A DNA stretch of 64,000 nt from Shigella phage KNP5: sequence record KX452698; one strand, 5' to 3'. A model generated the notes under the pieces. It was not told the DNA's origin, searched no databases, and was given only the letters and a program-made list of their open reading frames with translations. The position numbers and the translations under genes are program-made. Shown one piece after another: positions 12,162 to 24,200 of the stretch; the stretch's first letter is position 1, and every line of letters starts with the position of its first letter.

Positions 12162-14426
12162 TCATAATTTACAGGATGAACAATCTTCAGCTTTTGGAGT
12201 TTCTATTTCATAATCATCAGTACCAGAACCGTCACGGGTATTATGATAATAGAAATTTTTTCCGCCAAAATACCAAAAATATAAAAGGTCATCAATCATT
12301 ATTGACATTGGAACCTTTCCTTTTGGAAAAATCTGCGGGTCATAATATGTATTCGCTGAAGCTGATTGACACACCCATTTAAGCATAATAGCTACTTGCG
12401 TAAGATAAGGTTTATTACCTTTCTTAGCTAATTTCCACGTATAATCATACAGGTCTATGTTATGTTCAATATTGGGCACGACTTGATTAAAGGAACCCTC
12501 TTTTGATTCTTTAACAGAGACTGGTCCACGTGGAGGCTCGATACCGTTTGTACTGTTAGAAACTTGGGAAGATGACTCACATGGCATAAGTGCTGATAAT
12601 GTGCTATTACGGATGCCAAAGAGCTTAAGGTCTTCCCGCAGCGACGACCAGTCACAAACGTATTTTGGAGCTGCGATTTGGTCAATCTTTTTATTGTACC
12701 AGTCGATAGGTAATTCGCCTCGAGACCAACGAGTGTCTGAATAATATTCGCAAGGTCCTTTTTCTTTGGCGAGCTTAATGGATGCTTTAATGAGTCCATA
12801 CTGCAATCTCTCAAATAGTTCATGTGTTAAATCGTTAGCATCTTCATAAGAAGCAAAATTACTTGCCAGCCAAGCTGCATAGTTAGTAACACCTACGCCG
12901 AGATTTCGACGCTTTTTAGCTTTTTCTGCTTCAGGAACTGGATATCCTTGGTAATCCAAAAGATTATCAAGAGCGCGAACTTGAACTTCTGCTAATTCAT
13001 TAATTTTATCTTGGTCTTGCCAATCGAAGTTATCTAACACAAATGCAGATAACGTACACAATCCAATTTCAGCGTCAGGGCTATTCACATCATTTGTTGG
13101 AATAGCAATTTCACAGCACAAGTTACTCTGACGAATAGGTGCCTTTTCACGAATAAATGGAGTATAGTTATTCGTATTATCAATGAACTGCACATAAATC
13201 CTTGCTGTTCCTGAGCGTTCAGTCATGAGTAATTCAAACAGTTCACGGGCTTTAATACGCTTTTTACGAATATTAGGGTCTTTTTCTGCGGCTTCGTATA
13301 ATTCACGGAAACGGTCTTGGTCTTTAAAATAAGAATAATAAAGTTCGCCACCCATTTCATGTGGACTGAACAAAGTAATGTAATCATTCTTTCCGAATCG
13401 TTCCATCATCAAATCATTCAGCTGGACGCCATAATCCATATGACGGATACGGTTTTCTTCTACGCCTTTGTTATTTTTCAAAACGAGAAGATTTTCAACT
13501 TCCAAATGCCAAATAGGATAATAAGCAGTAGCAGCGCCGCCACGAATTCCACCCTGTGAGCATGATTTAACAGCAGTCTGAAAATGTTTCCAAAAAGGAA
13601 TAACACCAGTATGGCGTACTTCACCTGTGCCAATCTTAGAACCTTCGGCGCGAATCATACCAACGTTAATACCAATTCCAGCGCGTTTGGAGATATATTC
13701 AACAATTGAAGCGGAAGCCTTGTTGATAGACTTCAGCGAATCACCTGCTTCAATAACAACGCATGAACTAAACTGCCGAGTTGGAGTACGGCAACCAGCC
13801 ATAATAGGAGTTGGCAATGAAATCTGTCGAGTAGATACTGCTTCATAAAAACGAATAACATGTTTTAATCTATCAACAGGTTCATCTTGATGCAATGCCA
13901 TTCCAATAGTCATAAATGCAAACTGTGGAGTTTCATAAATTTGACCAGTGGTTTTATCTTTAACTAGATATTTTTCTTTTAATTGCATCGCCCCAGAATA
14001 AGTAAATTCCATATCCCGTTCGTGCTTAATTTTTGATTCTAAAAATGTAATTTCTTCTGTTGAATATTTTGACAACAATTCAGGGTCATATTTACCTTCA
14101 TTTACACAGTAAGAAATATGGTCAATAAATGAACGTGGTTCATACTGTCCATAAACATGCTTACGAAGAGCGAACATTAAACAGCGTGCAGCTACGTATT
14201 GATAATCAGGCTCTTCAACTGAAATAGAATTCGCAGCAGCCTTAATGACAATAGTCTGAATGTCATCAGTTGTCATTCCATCACGGAGATATGATTTAAT
14301 ATTTTCATATAATTCATAAGGATCTACAGATGTTCCTTCAGCTGCCCAAGATAAAACTTTAATAATTTTTTGCGGGTCAAAGCTCTGAGAAACACCACTA
14401 CTTTTGATAACATTAATTAATTGCAT
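12162..14426 (-). CDS. nrdA: ribonucleotide reductase large subunit
   Basis: 754 aa; class Ia RNR alpha with active-site NLCCEI region. Confidence 0.95.
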   Translation of the reverse strand: MQLINVIKSSGVSQSFDPQKIIKVLSWAAEGTSVDPYELYENIKSYLRDGMTTDDIQTIVIKAAANSISVEEPDYQYVAARCLMFALRKHVYGQYEPRSFIDHISYCVNEGKYDPELLSKYSTEEITFLESKIKHERDMEFTYSGAMQLKEKYLVKDKTTGQIYETPQFAFMTIGMALHQDEPVDRLKHVIRFYEAVSTRQISLPTPIMAGCRTPTRQFSSCVVIEAGDSLKSINKASASIVEYISKRAGIGINVGMIRAEGSKIGTGEVRHTGVIPFWKHFQTAVKSCSQGGIRGGAATAYYPIWHLEVENLLVLKNNKGVEENRIRHMDYGVQLNDLMMERFGKNDYITLFSPHEMGGELYYSYFKDQDRFRELYEAAEKDPNIRKKRIKARELFELLMTERSGTARIYVQFIDNTNNYTPFIREKAPIRQSNLCCEIAIPTNDVNSPDAEIGLCTLSAFVLDNFDWQDQDKINELAEVQVRALDNLLDYQGYPVPEAEKAKKRRNLGVGVTNYAAWLASNFASYEDANDLTHELFERLQYGLIKASIKLAKEKGPCEYYSDTRWSRGELPIDWYNKKIDQIAAPKYVCDWSSLREDLKLFGIRNSTLSALMPCESSSQVSNSTNGIEPPRGPVSVKESKEGSFNQVVPNIEHNIDLYDYTWKLAKKGNKPYLTQVAIMLKWVCQSASANTYYDPQIFPKGKVPMSIMIDDLLYFWYFGGKNFYYHNTRDGSGTDDYEIETPKAEDCSSCKL

Positions 14427-14743
14427 AAGTCCTCAACTTGAAAATCGTCTTTAAACAATCGGTTAACTATATGAGCTATTATATCACCATGACATGGCTT
14501 TGGTTTACATGTGCATCCTAGCCTCATTCCACGTAAAGGCTCTAAATGTGCTTTAGTTATTTCTCCGGATTTAATTCGACGTATAAAATCTTTTTTGAAT
14601 AATTCAATGGCAGCCTCCCGGCTGCCAGCATCTTTACCGACGTAATTTCCCCAAAATGTACCACGGTGAATATTAACATCAAAGTCGGATTTATATTTAT
14701 TCACTACCTGGCATAGACGGCCCGCGCGGTGATAATTCGTCAT
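14417..14743 (-). CDS. conserved small protein with CxC...CHGD motif (nrdA.1-like)
   Basis: 108 aa; motif [12 protein letters not shown]; position between nrdA and td. Confidence 0.55.
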   Translation of the reverse strand: MTNYHRAGRLCQVVNKYKSDFDVNIHRGTFWGNYVGKDAGSREAAIELFKKDFIRRIKSGEITKAHLEPLRGMRLGCTCKPKPCHGDIIAHIVNRLFKDDFQVEDLCN

Positions 14744-14972
14744 ATTGTTTTTCCGTTAAAACAGTAATATCATAATAACAGTCAGAAGAAGTTTTAACTG
14801 TGGAAATTTTATTATCAAAATACTCACGGGTCATTTTATGAGTATAATATTTTTTGCCATAAATGATAATAGGCTGATTTGGTCCTGGAACTTCTAACTC
14901 GCTTGGATTAGGAAGTGTAAAAAGAACGACACCAGAAGTATCTTTAAATCGTAAAATCATATATCCTCGCAA
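14697..14972 (-). CDS. hypothetical protein, 91 aa (nrdA.2-like)
   Basis: ORF track; between nrdA.1-like and td. Confidence 0.5.
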   Translation of the reverse strand: MRGYMILRFKDTSGVVLFTLPNPSELEVPGPNQPIIIYGKKYYTHKMTREYFDNKISTVKTSSDCYYDITVLTEKQYDELSPRGPSMPGSE

Positions 14973-14983
14973 TTAAATTAAAA

Positions 14984-15843
14984 TTATATCGCCATCTTTC
15001 CTTTAATTGGCGGGTGAGATACATAGTTGTTAAGAACAAAATTATGCGGCTTTGCGAATTGACTCAACCAAAATACCTGCGATTCTGTGTCCCATTCATC
15101 AAATTCATCTGGAAATTTTAATTGTAATTCGCATAAATCCATAGGTTCACGACGCAAAATTTCTTTACATTGTTCTACGTGATTCATATAGATATGAGTA
15201 TTACCACCAGAAAATATCAAATCTCCTGGAATAAGATTACACATCTTAGCTACAATATGAACTAACGTAGCATATGATGCAATATTAAATGGAAGACCGA
15301 GGAAAACATCTACCGAACGTTGATACCACTGCAGATCCAAATAGCCATTACGCACATTAAACTGATAGAACATATGACAAGGTGGTAATGCCATTTGCTT
15401 AAGTTCTGCCGGATTCCATGCTGAAACAATTTGACGTCTATCATTTGGCAGTTTTTTAATACGTTCAACAACTTCTATAATTTGGTCTACGCCACCAAAA
15501 TCGCGCCACTGTTTTCCATAAATTGGACCAAGTTCACCGCTATGGTATCCTAAATCTTTTGCTTGATTTTCGTAATTTTCATCCCAGACTGTTTTGCCTT
15601 GAATTAATGAATCATGTTGAATTAATCGCAAATCATTGACATTTGTGCTTCCCGATAAAAACCATATTAGCTCAGCAATACAGGCTTTCCATGCTAATTT
15701 TTTAGTTGTTACCGCAGGAAAACCTTTAGTTAAATCCCAGCGTAATTTAGTACCAAACAAAGCAATTGTTCCTGTGCCTGTTCGGTCATCGGTTTCGTAA
15801 CCATTTTCCAGGATATCTTTAATTAAAAATTGGTATTGTTTCA

Positions 15844-15844
<1 letters not shown>
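14984..15844 (-). CDS. td: thymidylate synthase
   Basis: Start trimmed to MKQYQ; TS motifs incl. catalytic PPCH; single uninterrupted ORF (no group I intron). Confidence 0.93.
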
Positions 15845-16873
<1,029 letters not shown>

Positions 16874-16883
16874 GTTATTTTCC

Positions 16884-17126
16884 TTAAACAGACTTTTTCA
16901 CAATTTTCCAATCAGCTTTAAACTGATCGACGTCAGAATGGTAAATCCAGAATCCTGCGCTTTCTCCATCTTCATAAAGAGGACATCCATCACATTCATC
17001 TTCCCATCCCATATCACGCAAAAGACGTTCAGCTTTTTCAATGAGTTCAGAATCTTTACCGATGATATTAAAATACCATTTACCTCTAACTTCTGAATCT
17101 TTAATGCTCTGACGTTGTAATCTCAT
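16884..17126 (-). CDS. hypothetical protein, 80 aa (frd.2-like)
   Basis: ORF track; early promoter upstream at about 17148-17181. Confidence 0.5.
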   Translation of the reverse strand: MRLQRQSIKDSEVRGKWYFNIIGKDSELIEKAERLLRDMGWEDECDGCPLYEDGESAGFWIYHSDVDQFKADWKIVKKSV

Positions 17127-17147
17127 TTTATTCCCCTTAGTTGATAG

Positions 17148-17181
17148 GGTAATAGTATCACACTACTACCCTACTGTAAAC
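17148..17181 (-). promoter_or_regulatory. T4-type early promoter
   Basis: Minus-strand GTTTAC then GTGTGATACTATTA. Confidence 0.5.
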
Positions 17182-17561
17182 TACTTTTTGAATGTTTTTC
17201 GCAAAAGTTCAATGATTTCGTCGACGTTATTTTCGTCTACAATGCAGTGAATTTTTGTTACGCCAGAAACCTTGTCTTCGATTTCATCTTCTTCAGAAGT
17301 CGGTTCTTTATATTCACGAAAACAATGAAATTCATCTTCGCAAATTTCTAAAAGTCTATCTTTAAGGTAAAAATGCTTTCCATTTGCGCATTCAATGTGT
17401 TTTACTGCTTTATATCCATTAGCGACGGAAACTTCTTTAACTTCAAACCATCCGCCATTATCTCGAATAGCTTTAACTATTGATGAATTGGAACGTGGGC
17501 TATAATTAATAAATGTATCAATAAGTCTTGGAACAAGTTCATACTTTTTGCCAATATACAT
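17181..17561 (-). CDS. hypothetical protein, 126 aa (frd.3-like)
   Basis: ORF track. Confidence 0.5.
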   Translation of the reverse strand: MYIGKKYELVPRLIDTFINYSPRSNSSIVKAIRDNGGWFEVKEVSVANGYKAVKHIECANGKHFYLKDRLLEICEDEFHCFREYKEPTSEEDEIEDKVSGVTKIHCIVDENNVDEIIELLRKTFKK

Positions 17562-17605
17562 TACGTTTTCCTCATTTTAACGGGGCTGTAATAGCCCCTT
17601 GATAA

Positions 17606-17836
17606 TTATTGTTCAATCAATCCCATGTAAAATTCTGCGTCTTCAGAATCCATGCCATCACAGTATTCATTAGCCATAAAGCGGGTGAGGTCTTCAAGAG
17701 GACCTTCAATGACAATAGAAAAATTGCAATAATTGGGATCATCGTGAATACTTGTGATACTAAGTTCAGGATAACGATTACGAATAATTTCTTCAATATA
17801 TTCAAAATCAACGATGTCAATATCAACTTTAGCCAT
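17606..17836 (-). CDS. hypothetical acidic protein, about 76 aa (start trimmed to MAKVDID)
   Basis: ORF track 17606..17857; internal ATG has better SD (AAGAGGAAA); occupies position downstream of gene 32. Confidence 0.45.
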   Translation of the reverse strand: MAKVDIDIVDFEYIEEIIRNRYPELSITSIHDDPNYCNFSIVIEGPLEDLTRFMANEYCDGMDSEDAEFYMGLIEQ

Positions 17837-17875
17837 ATTATTTTCCTCTTTAATCATCAGCAGTATTGCCGATAG

Positions 17876-17909
17876 TTGTATAGTACCATAAAGCTTTATG
17901 CTTGTAAAC
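17876..17909 (-). promoter_or_regulatory. T4-type early promoter downstream of gene 32 terminator
   Basis: Minus-strand GTTTAC, spacer, TGGTACTATACAACTATC. Confidence 0.6.
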
Positions 17910-17940
17910 CGTTTTGTGAAAAAATTTTTGAAATAAAAAA
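17904..17940 (-). repeat. ~37 bp promoter-upstream repeat, copy 1
   Basis: GTAAACCGTTTTGTGAAAAAATTTTTGAAATAAAAAA nearly identical to 34583-34620 and partly to 38393-38425. Confidence 0.6.
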
Positions 17941-17959
17941 GGGGACCTCTAGGGTCCCC
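17931..17959 (-). terminator. rho-independent terminator after gene 32
   Basis: GGGGACC-CTAGA-GGTCCCC followed by TTTTTTATTT on minus strand. Confidence 0.65.
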
Positions 17960-17981
17960 AATTAATTAGTAATATAATCTA

Positions 17982-18890
17982 TTAAAGGTCATTCAAAAGG
18001 TCATCCAGGTCCGTGTCATCAGCACTAGATGAACTGCCAGAGCTTGAGCTCATAAAATCATCTTCAGTTTTTGTATTGAAGTCATCAACATTGAATGCAT
18101 CCAAATCATCAGCAACTTTATCAGCTTTCTTAGCGGCAGTCGCTGCGGCACCACCCATAGCAGCAGTTCCCATAACTTGACTGAACTTAGTGCTCAGTTC
18201 TTCAAACGATTTGAATTTATCTTTAGAAGTCATTTCAGAAAGGTCAACCATTTGTTCGAACAGTTCTTTCTGGAAAGATTCATCATCAATGTTTGGAATC
18301 GCAGATTGATTCAGGAATTTAGATTCGTCGTAGTTACTAAAACCAGAAACTTGTTTAACTTTCAGTACAAAGTTAGCACCTTCCCACGGACAAGTTACAT
18401 CAACCGGAGTTTCACCCATTTCAACATCAACTGCAATCATTGCATTGATTTTATCCCAGATTTTCTTACCGAAGCGGTATTTAAATACTTTACCTTCATT
18501 TTCTGGAGCAGCTGGGTCTTTTACTACAAGAATGTTAGCCCAGTAAGAAGTTTTACGTTTAACAAGACCGTATTCTTTATTGTCAGTATTGTACAAATCA
18601 TTTTTACTGATGTACTGACATACTGGACAAGAATCGTAATCACCGTGGGTAGATGAACAGTTTTCAATATACCATTTACCATTTTTCTTGAAACCGTGAT
18701 TTACAAGAATTGCGAATGGTGCTTGTTCATCATTTTTAGACGGAAGAAAACGAATTACTGCTTGACCATTACCCGCGTTATCGAGTTTCAGTTTCCACTC
18801 GCCTTTATCTTCAGAAGAAAAACCACCTTTATTTCCAGCCAGTTTAGCCATTTGTGCAGCGAGTTCAGCAGTAGATTTACGTTTAAACAT
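17982..18890 (-). CDS. 32: single-stranded DNA-binding protein gp32
   Basis: 302 aa; sequence matches T4 gp32 as recalled incl. zinc-binding [10 protein letters not shown] region and acidic C-terminal tail. Confidence 0.93.
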   Translation of the reverse strand: MFKRKSTAELAAQMAKLAGNKGGFSSEDKGEWKLKLDNAGNGQAVIRFLPSKNDEQAPFAILVNHGFKKNGKWYIENCSSTHGDYDSCPVCQYISKNDLYNTDNKEYGLVKRKTSYWANILVVKDPAAPENEGKVFKYRFGKKIWDKINAMIAVDVEMGETPVDVTCPWEGANFVLKVKQVSGFSNYDESKFLNQSAIPNIDDESFQKELFEQMVDLSEMTSKDKFKSFEELSTKFSQVMGTAAMGGAAATAAKKADKVADDLDAFNVDDFNTKTEDDFMSSSSGSSSSADDTDLDDLLNDL

Positions 18891-18973
18891 TTTTATTTCC
18901 TTTTTAATTTAATTAACAGTTGGTGCTATGACGATGTATGACCTCATAGCTGGTCAGTGAGATAATTATAATC

Positions 18974-18981
18974 TATTTATA
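18974..18981 (-). promoter_or_regulatory. late promoter (TATAAATA on minus strand) upstream of gene 32
   Basis: Plus-strand TATTTATA between gene 59 stop and gene 32 start. Confidence 0.5.
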
Positions 18982-18989
18982 ATAAGCAA

Positions 18990-19643
18990 TTAATACTTGC
19001 AAGATTTCACAGTTTCAATGAAAACACTTTTAGCTTTCTGTGAATCAATATTTAAAATTTTTCTATAAGCCTTTAACTTTATAGAATAATTATTCCAGAC
19101 TAAATTATCAGTCTGTTCATCATGTTTATCGATTATATTTAAAAACGAATCAAGCAAGATAAACGTCTCAAACGAAATTATATTCGATTGAAGTAGTTTA
19201 AAAATATAACTTGATTGGACTTTTGGATTATACTCAAAGATTTCTTTAAAAGCAGAAACTTCAACTTTTTTACTAAAATAATAAATGTTGCGAATATCTT
19301 CTTCAAACTTAAATTTAATTTGCTTTAAGCGTCCGATATATTCACGATAAAACACAAGTGCATCAGCGTCAGAGATATCACCAATCCAAGCATCTTGGTT
19401 AGCAACCAGATTGCTTATAAAGATTAAAGCAAGTTCCTTTAATTTATATTTTTCTGATAACTTCTGGAAAAAATACTTATCCCTTCGCTTTTGATAAGCG
19501 GCATCAGACACCCGCATGCACCAATTATACTTAATTACATCATACTTTCCGTTCATATGTTGTTTTATCATTAAGTATAATTTATAAACTGATTTACCAT
19601 CAATATATCTTTCACCACCAGCAGGCATGCGGAGTTTAATCAT
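18990..19643 (-). CDS. 59: helicase loader gp59
   Basis: 217 aa; N-terminus MIKLRMPAGGERYIDGKSVYKLY as recalled for T4 gp59; position between 32 and 33. Confidence 0.85.
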   Translation of the reverse strand: MIKLRMPAGGERYIDGKSVYKLYLMIKQHMNGKYDVIKYNWCMRVSDAAYQKRRDKYFFQKLSEKYKLKELALIFISNLVANQDAWIGDISDADALVFYREYIGRLKQIKFKFEEDIRNIYYFSKKVEVSAFKEIFEYNPKVQSSYIFKLLQSNIISFETFILLDSFLNIIDKHDEQTDNLVWNNYSIKLKAYRKILNIDSQKAKSVFIETVKSCKY

Positions 19644-19978
19644 AGTAGAAAATCTAATGTATTAGTTTTTTCACAACGAACAACAGAAGGACGTAAAAGA
19701 TTTTCGTCGATAGCTTCTGACTGAATTTTTTCAATTATACCCGAAGGAATAAATTTAGCAAATTGAGTTTCAGGAATAGAATTTTCTTCTAAGAATGCTG
19801 TTGTAGCTTCAAGATAACTCATTCCAAACTCTTCTACCATTTTTTCAATGATAAATCCATTTTCTTGACGATCAAGAAGCTTTGCAATTTCATCCTTTTC
19901 TTTCTTAATTGAAAGTTCTTTTTCTGAAAGACCGGTCTCATCGACCGGACGAATATCATTTAGAGAAAACTGTGTCAT
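19640..19978 (-). CDS. 33: late transcription co-activator gp33
   Basis: Start trimmed to MTQFSLNDI; 112 aa; position between 59 and dsbA. Confidence 0.75.
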   Translation of the reverse strand: MTQFSLNDIRPVDETGLSEKELSIKKEKDEIAKLLDRQENGFIIEKMVEEFGMSYLEATTAFLEENSIPETQFAKFIPSGIIEKIQSEAIDENLLRPSVVRCEKTNTLDFLL

Positions 19979-20225
19979 AAAGTTCAACTACCTCTTCAGT
20001 TTCAGCTTCAAACACATCACGGTTATCTTTATGATACAAAGCTAAAAGACGATTAAACATCTTACCATCAACACCAAGTTCATCTTTGGCGCGAATTCGA
20101 ATATCTTTAATCAATTCATTATAACCAGAAATTTTCAGTTTATGATCAGATGCTTCTTTAATAAATTTAGCCAAGTCTTCGCCATGGATAGCTTCATCAA
20201 ATTCAACCATTTCTTTTTTAGCCAT
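19956..20225 (-). CDS. dsbA: dsDNA-binding protein DsbA
   Basis: 89 aa; position between rnh and 33 as in T4. Confidence 0.7.
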   Translation of the reverse strand: MAKKEMVEFDEAIHGEDLAKFIKEASDHKLKISGYNELIKDIRIRAKDELGVDGKMFNRLLALYHKDNRDVFEAETEEVVELYDTVFSK

Positions 20226-20233
20226 TATTCACC

Positions 20234-21151
20234 TCAAAATTCATTAATGCTATTAGTTAATTTAGAAAGACCCGCTTTTACAAAATATGAATAAATTTTG
20301 CCACGCGGTGGTAATTTATATGAATTATAATAATTCACAATGTTTGAAGCAATATTATCAGGAATATAATCAAAATCAATTAGAACTAAATTTTCTTTAT
20401 AACGATTATATTCAGATTCTGTGAGAAGCACCTTAGCTTGCTCACGGTCATTAGCAATAGCTTCAACAATAGAGGTTTTCATTGAAGGAGTTCGTTCACC
20501 TTCAACTCTGGTAAACCAGAAGTCAGATCGTACTTTAACTGAAGCAACGTTATCCTTTTTGTCGCCTTTAAGGATTTTAGTCATACAGTCAATTTCAGCA
20601 GAACCGCTTTTAATTTTAACCCACTTCTTGTGCATCGGTGACCATTGCTTAACATTTGGGTATTTGTGAAGTTGAGTAAAGTCACCATCCGATGAAATGA
20701 TTAAAATCTTATGTCCTTCTAAAGAGAACTTTTTAACCAAAACAGCAATATGGTCATCTGCTTCATACTTATCAATATCCATAACGATGTATGGCATATA
20801 AGCTTTCAATTCATCTATAACTTTATGGCTGGATTCAAAATAACCTTCCCAGTCCCAAGTAGATTCTTCTCGTGCTTTTCCACGGTTTTTCTTATAATAA
20901 TAAGCAAAATCACGACGCCAGTATCCAGATTTCGCGTTATCAATACACAATACAATTTTAGTGTATCCAAGAGTTTTTGCTTTTTTGACATTAAACTTAA
21001 TTGAGTTCAATATCAAATGACGAACCATTGATAAATTAATTTTTTCTTTATCTGGAAAGTTTACCAAAGCAGTTGAAAGCGCAATTTGACTAAAGTCAAT
21101 TAAGCAGATTCCTTCTTTGTAATCTTCATCCAGCATCATTTCTAAATCCAT
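20234..21151 (-). CDS. rnh: RNase H (5'-3' exonuclease/flap endonuclease)
   Basis: Start trimmed to MDLEMML; 305 aa; FEN-family acidic motifs; adjacent to gene 34. Confidence 0.9.
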   Translation of the reverse strand: MDLEMMLDEDYKEGICLIDFSQIALSTALVNFPDKEKINLSMVRHLILNSIKFNVKKAKTLGYTKIVLCIDNAKSGYWRRDFAYYYKKNRGKAREESTWDWEGYFESSHKVIDELKAYMPYIVMDIDKYEADDHIAVLVKKFSLEGHKILIISSDGDFTQLHKYPNVKQWSPMHKKWVKIKSGSAEIDCMTKILKGDKKDNVASVKVRSDFWFTRVEGERTPSMKTSIVEAIANDREQAKVLLTESEYNRYKENLVLIDFDYIPDNIASNIVNYYNSYKLPPRGKIYSYFVKAGLSKLTNSINEF

Positions 21152-21213
21152 ATGAACCTCGTTCAATTAGTGAGATTTCTATTATATACTATCCGAATCT
21201 TAAAGTAAACAAG

Positions 21214-21221
21214 TATAAATA
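21214..21221 (+). promoter_or_regulatory. T4-type late promoter (TATAAATA) for gene 34
   Basis: Exact TATAAATA about 35 nt upstream of gene 34 ATG. Confidence 0.65.
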
Positions 21222-21255
21222 CTTATTATTGAAAACACAATAGGAGCCCGGGAGA

Positions 21256-24200
21256 ATGGCCGAGATTAAAAGAAAGTTCAGAGCAGAAGATGGTCTGGAC
21301 GCAGGTGGCGATAAAATAATCAACGTAGCTTTAGCTGATCGTGCCGTAGGAACTGACGGTGTTAACGTTGATTACCTAATTCAAGAAAACACAGTTCAAC
21401 AATATGATCCAACTCGTGGATATTTAAAAGATTTTGTAATCATTTATGATAACCGCTTTTGGGCTGCTATAAATGATATTCCAAAACCAGCGGGAGCTTT
21501 TAATAGCGTACGTTGGAGAGCATTACGTACTGATGCAAACTGGACAACTGTTTCGTCAGGACCTTATCAATTAAAGTCAGGTGAATCAATTTCAGTTAAT
21601 ACTGCAGCAGGAAATGATATCACATTTACTTTGCCAACTTCTCCAATTGATGGAGATACTATCGTTCTTCAAGATATTGGTGGAAAACCTGGAGTTAACC
21701 AAGTTTTAATTGTAGCTCCAGTGCAAAGTATTGTAAACTTTAGAGGCGAACAAGTACGATCAGTACTAATGACCCATCCAAAATCACAGATAGTTTTAAT
21801 TTTTAGTAATCGTCTGTGGCAAATGTATGTGGCTGATTATAGCAGAGAAGCGGTAGTTGTGACGCCAGCAAGTCTCTACCAGGCGCAGTCAAACGATTTT
21901 ATCGTGCGTAGATTTACTTCCGCTGCGCCTATTAATATTAAACTTCCGAGATTTGCTAATCATGGCGATATTATTAATTTCGTTGATTTAGATAAATTAA
22001 ATCCTCTTTATCATACAATTGTTACTACATATGATGAAACTACATCAGTACAAGAAGATGGAACTCATTCCATTGAAGGCCGTACATCTATTGACGGTTT
22101 CTTGATGTATGATGATAACGAAAAACTGTGGAGATTGTTTGACGGGGATAGTAAAGCACGTTTACGTATCATAACGACTAATTCAAATATTCGTCCAAAT
22201 GAAGAAGTTATGGTATTTGGTGCGAATAACGGAACAACTCAAACGATTGAGCTTCAGCTTCCGACCGATATTTCTGTTGGTGATACTGTTAAAATTTCCA
22301 TGAATTACATGAGAAAAGGGCAAACAGTTAAAATCAAAGCTGCTGGTGAAGATAAAATTGCTTCTTCAGTTCAATTGTTGCAATTCCCAAAACGTTCAGA
22401 ATATCCACCTGAAGCTGAATGGGTGACTGTTCAAGAATTAGTTTTTAACGGTGAAACTAATTATGTTCCAGTTTTACAGCTTGCTTATATAGAAGATTCT
22501 GACGGAAAATACTGGGTTGTACAGCAAAACGTTCCAACAGTTGAAAGAGTTGATTCTTTAAATGATTCTACTAGAGCAAGATTAGGCGTGATTGCTTTAG
22601 CTACACAAGCTCAAGCTAACGTCGATTTAGAAAATTCTCCACAAAAAGAATTAGCAATTACTCCAGAAACATTAGCTAACCGTACTGCTACAGAAACTCG
22701 TAGAGGTATCGCAAGAATAGCAACCACTGCTCAAGTGAATCAGGATACTACATTCTCTTTTGCTGACGATATTATCATCACTCCTAAAAAGCTGAATGAA
22801 AGAACTGCTACAGAAACTCGTAGAGGTGTTGCTGAAATTGCTACACAGCAAGAAACTAACGCAGGTACTGATGATACTGCAATCATCACTCCTAAAAAGC
22901 TTCAAGCTCGTCAGGGTTCTGAATCATTATCAGGTATTGTAACCTTTGTATCTACCGCAGGAGCTACTCCAGCTTCTAGTCGTGAATTAAATGGTACAAA
23001 CGTTTATAATAAAAACACTAATAATTTAGTTGTTTCGCCTAAAGCTCTGGATCAGTATAAAGCTACTCCAACACAACAAGGTGCAGTAATTTTAGCAGTT
23101 GAAAGTGAAGTAATTGCTGGACAAAGTCAAGAAGGATGGGCAAATGCGGTTGTAACGCCAGAAACGTTACATAAAAAGACATCAACTGATGCAAGAATTG
23201 GTTTAATTGAAATTGCTACGCAAAGTGAAGTTAATACAGGAACTGATTATACTCGCGCAGTCACTCCTAAAACTTTAAATGACCGTAAAGCAACTGAAAG
23301 TTTAAGTGGTATAGCTGAAATTGCTACACAAGTTGAATTCGACGCAGGCGTCGACGATACTCGTATCTCTACACCATTAAAAATTAAAACCAGATTTAAT
23401 AGTACTGATCGTACTTCTGTTGTTGCTCTATCTGGATTAGTTGAATCAGGAACTCTCTGGGACCATTATACCCTTAATATTCTTGAAGCAAATGAGACAC
23501 AGCGTGGTACACTTCGTGTGGCTACACAAGTTGAAGCTGCTGCAGGAACATTAGATAATGTTCTAATAACTCCTAAAAAGCTTTTAGGTACTAAATCTAC
23601 TGAAGCGCAAGAAGGCGTTATTAAAGTTGCAACTCAGGTTGAAACTGTAGCTGGAACGTCAGCAAATACTGCTGTATCTCCAAAAAATTTAAAATGGATT
23701 GTACAGAGTGAACCTACTTGGGCAGCAACTACTCTGGTAAGAGGTTTTGTTAAAACTTCATCCGGTTCAATTACATTCGTTGGTAATGATACCGTTGGTT
23801 CAACACAGTCATTAGAATTATACGAAAAAAATAGCTATGCAGTATCGCCATATGAATTAAACCGTGTATTAGCAAATTATTTGCCGTTAAAAGCAAAAGC
23901 TGCAGATAGTAATTTATTGGATGGTCTAGATTCATCCCAGTTCATTCGTAGGGATATTGCGCAGACGGTTAATGGTTCACTAACCTTAACACAACAAACG
24001 AATCTGAGTGCCCCTCTTGTATCATCTAGTACTGCTACGTTTGGTGGATCAGTTTCGGCAAATAGTACACTAACTATTTCTAATACTGATGGAACAGCAA
24101 CTCGTCTGATTTTTGAGAAAGGACCTCAAACTGGAACGAACCCGGCTCAAACGATGACAGTCAGCGTGTGGGGGAATCAATTTAGTGGGGAATCAAACAC

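Noticed and set aside
18177-18656. 159-aa plus-strand ORF inside gene 32
   Set aside because: Antisense to a highly conserved gene, no SD, Phe/Asn-rich low-complexity translation typical of AT-rich antisense frames. The same applies to other antisense ORFs such as 9110..9538, 3738..4059, 13317..13848, 44649..45209 and 46511..47135.
21167-21255. Replication origin near the rnh-34 junction
   Set aside because: I recall a T4 origin mapping to this neighbourhood, but I could not see distinctive iterons or an unusually AT-rich unwinding element beyond the late promoter, so no origin is annotated.
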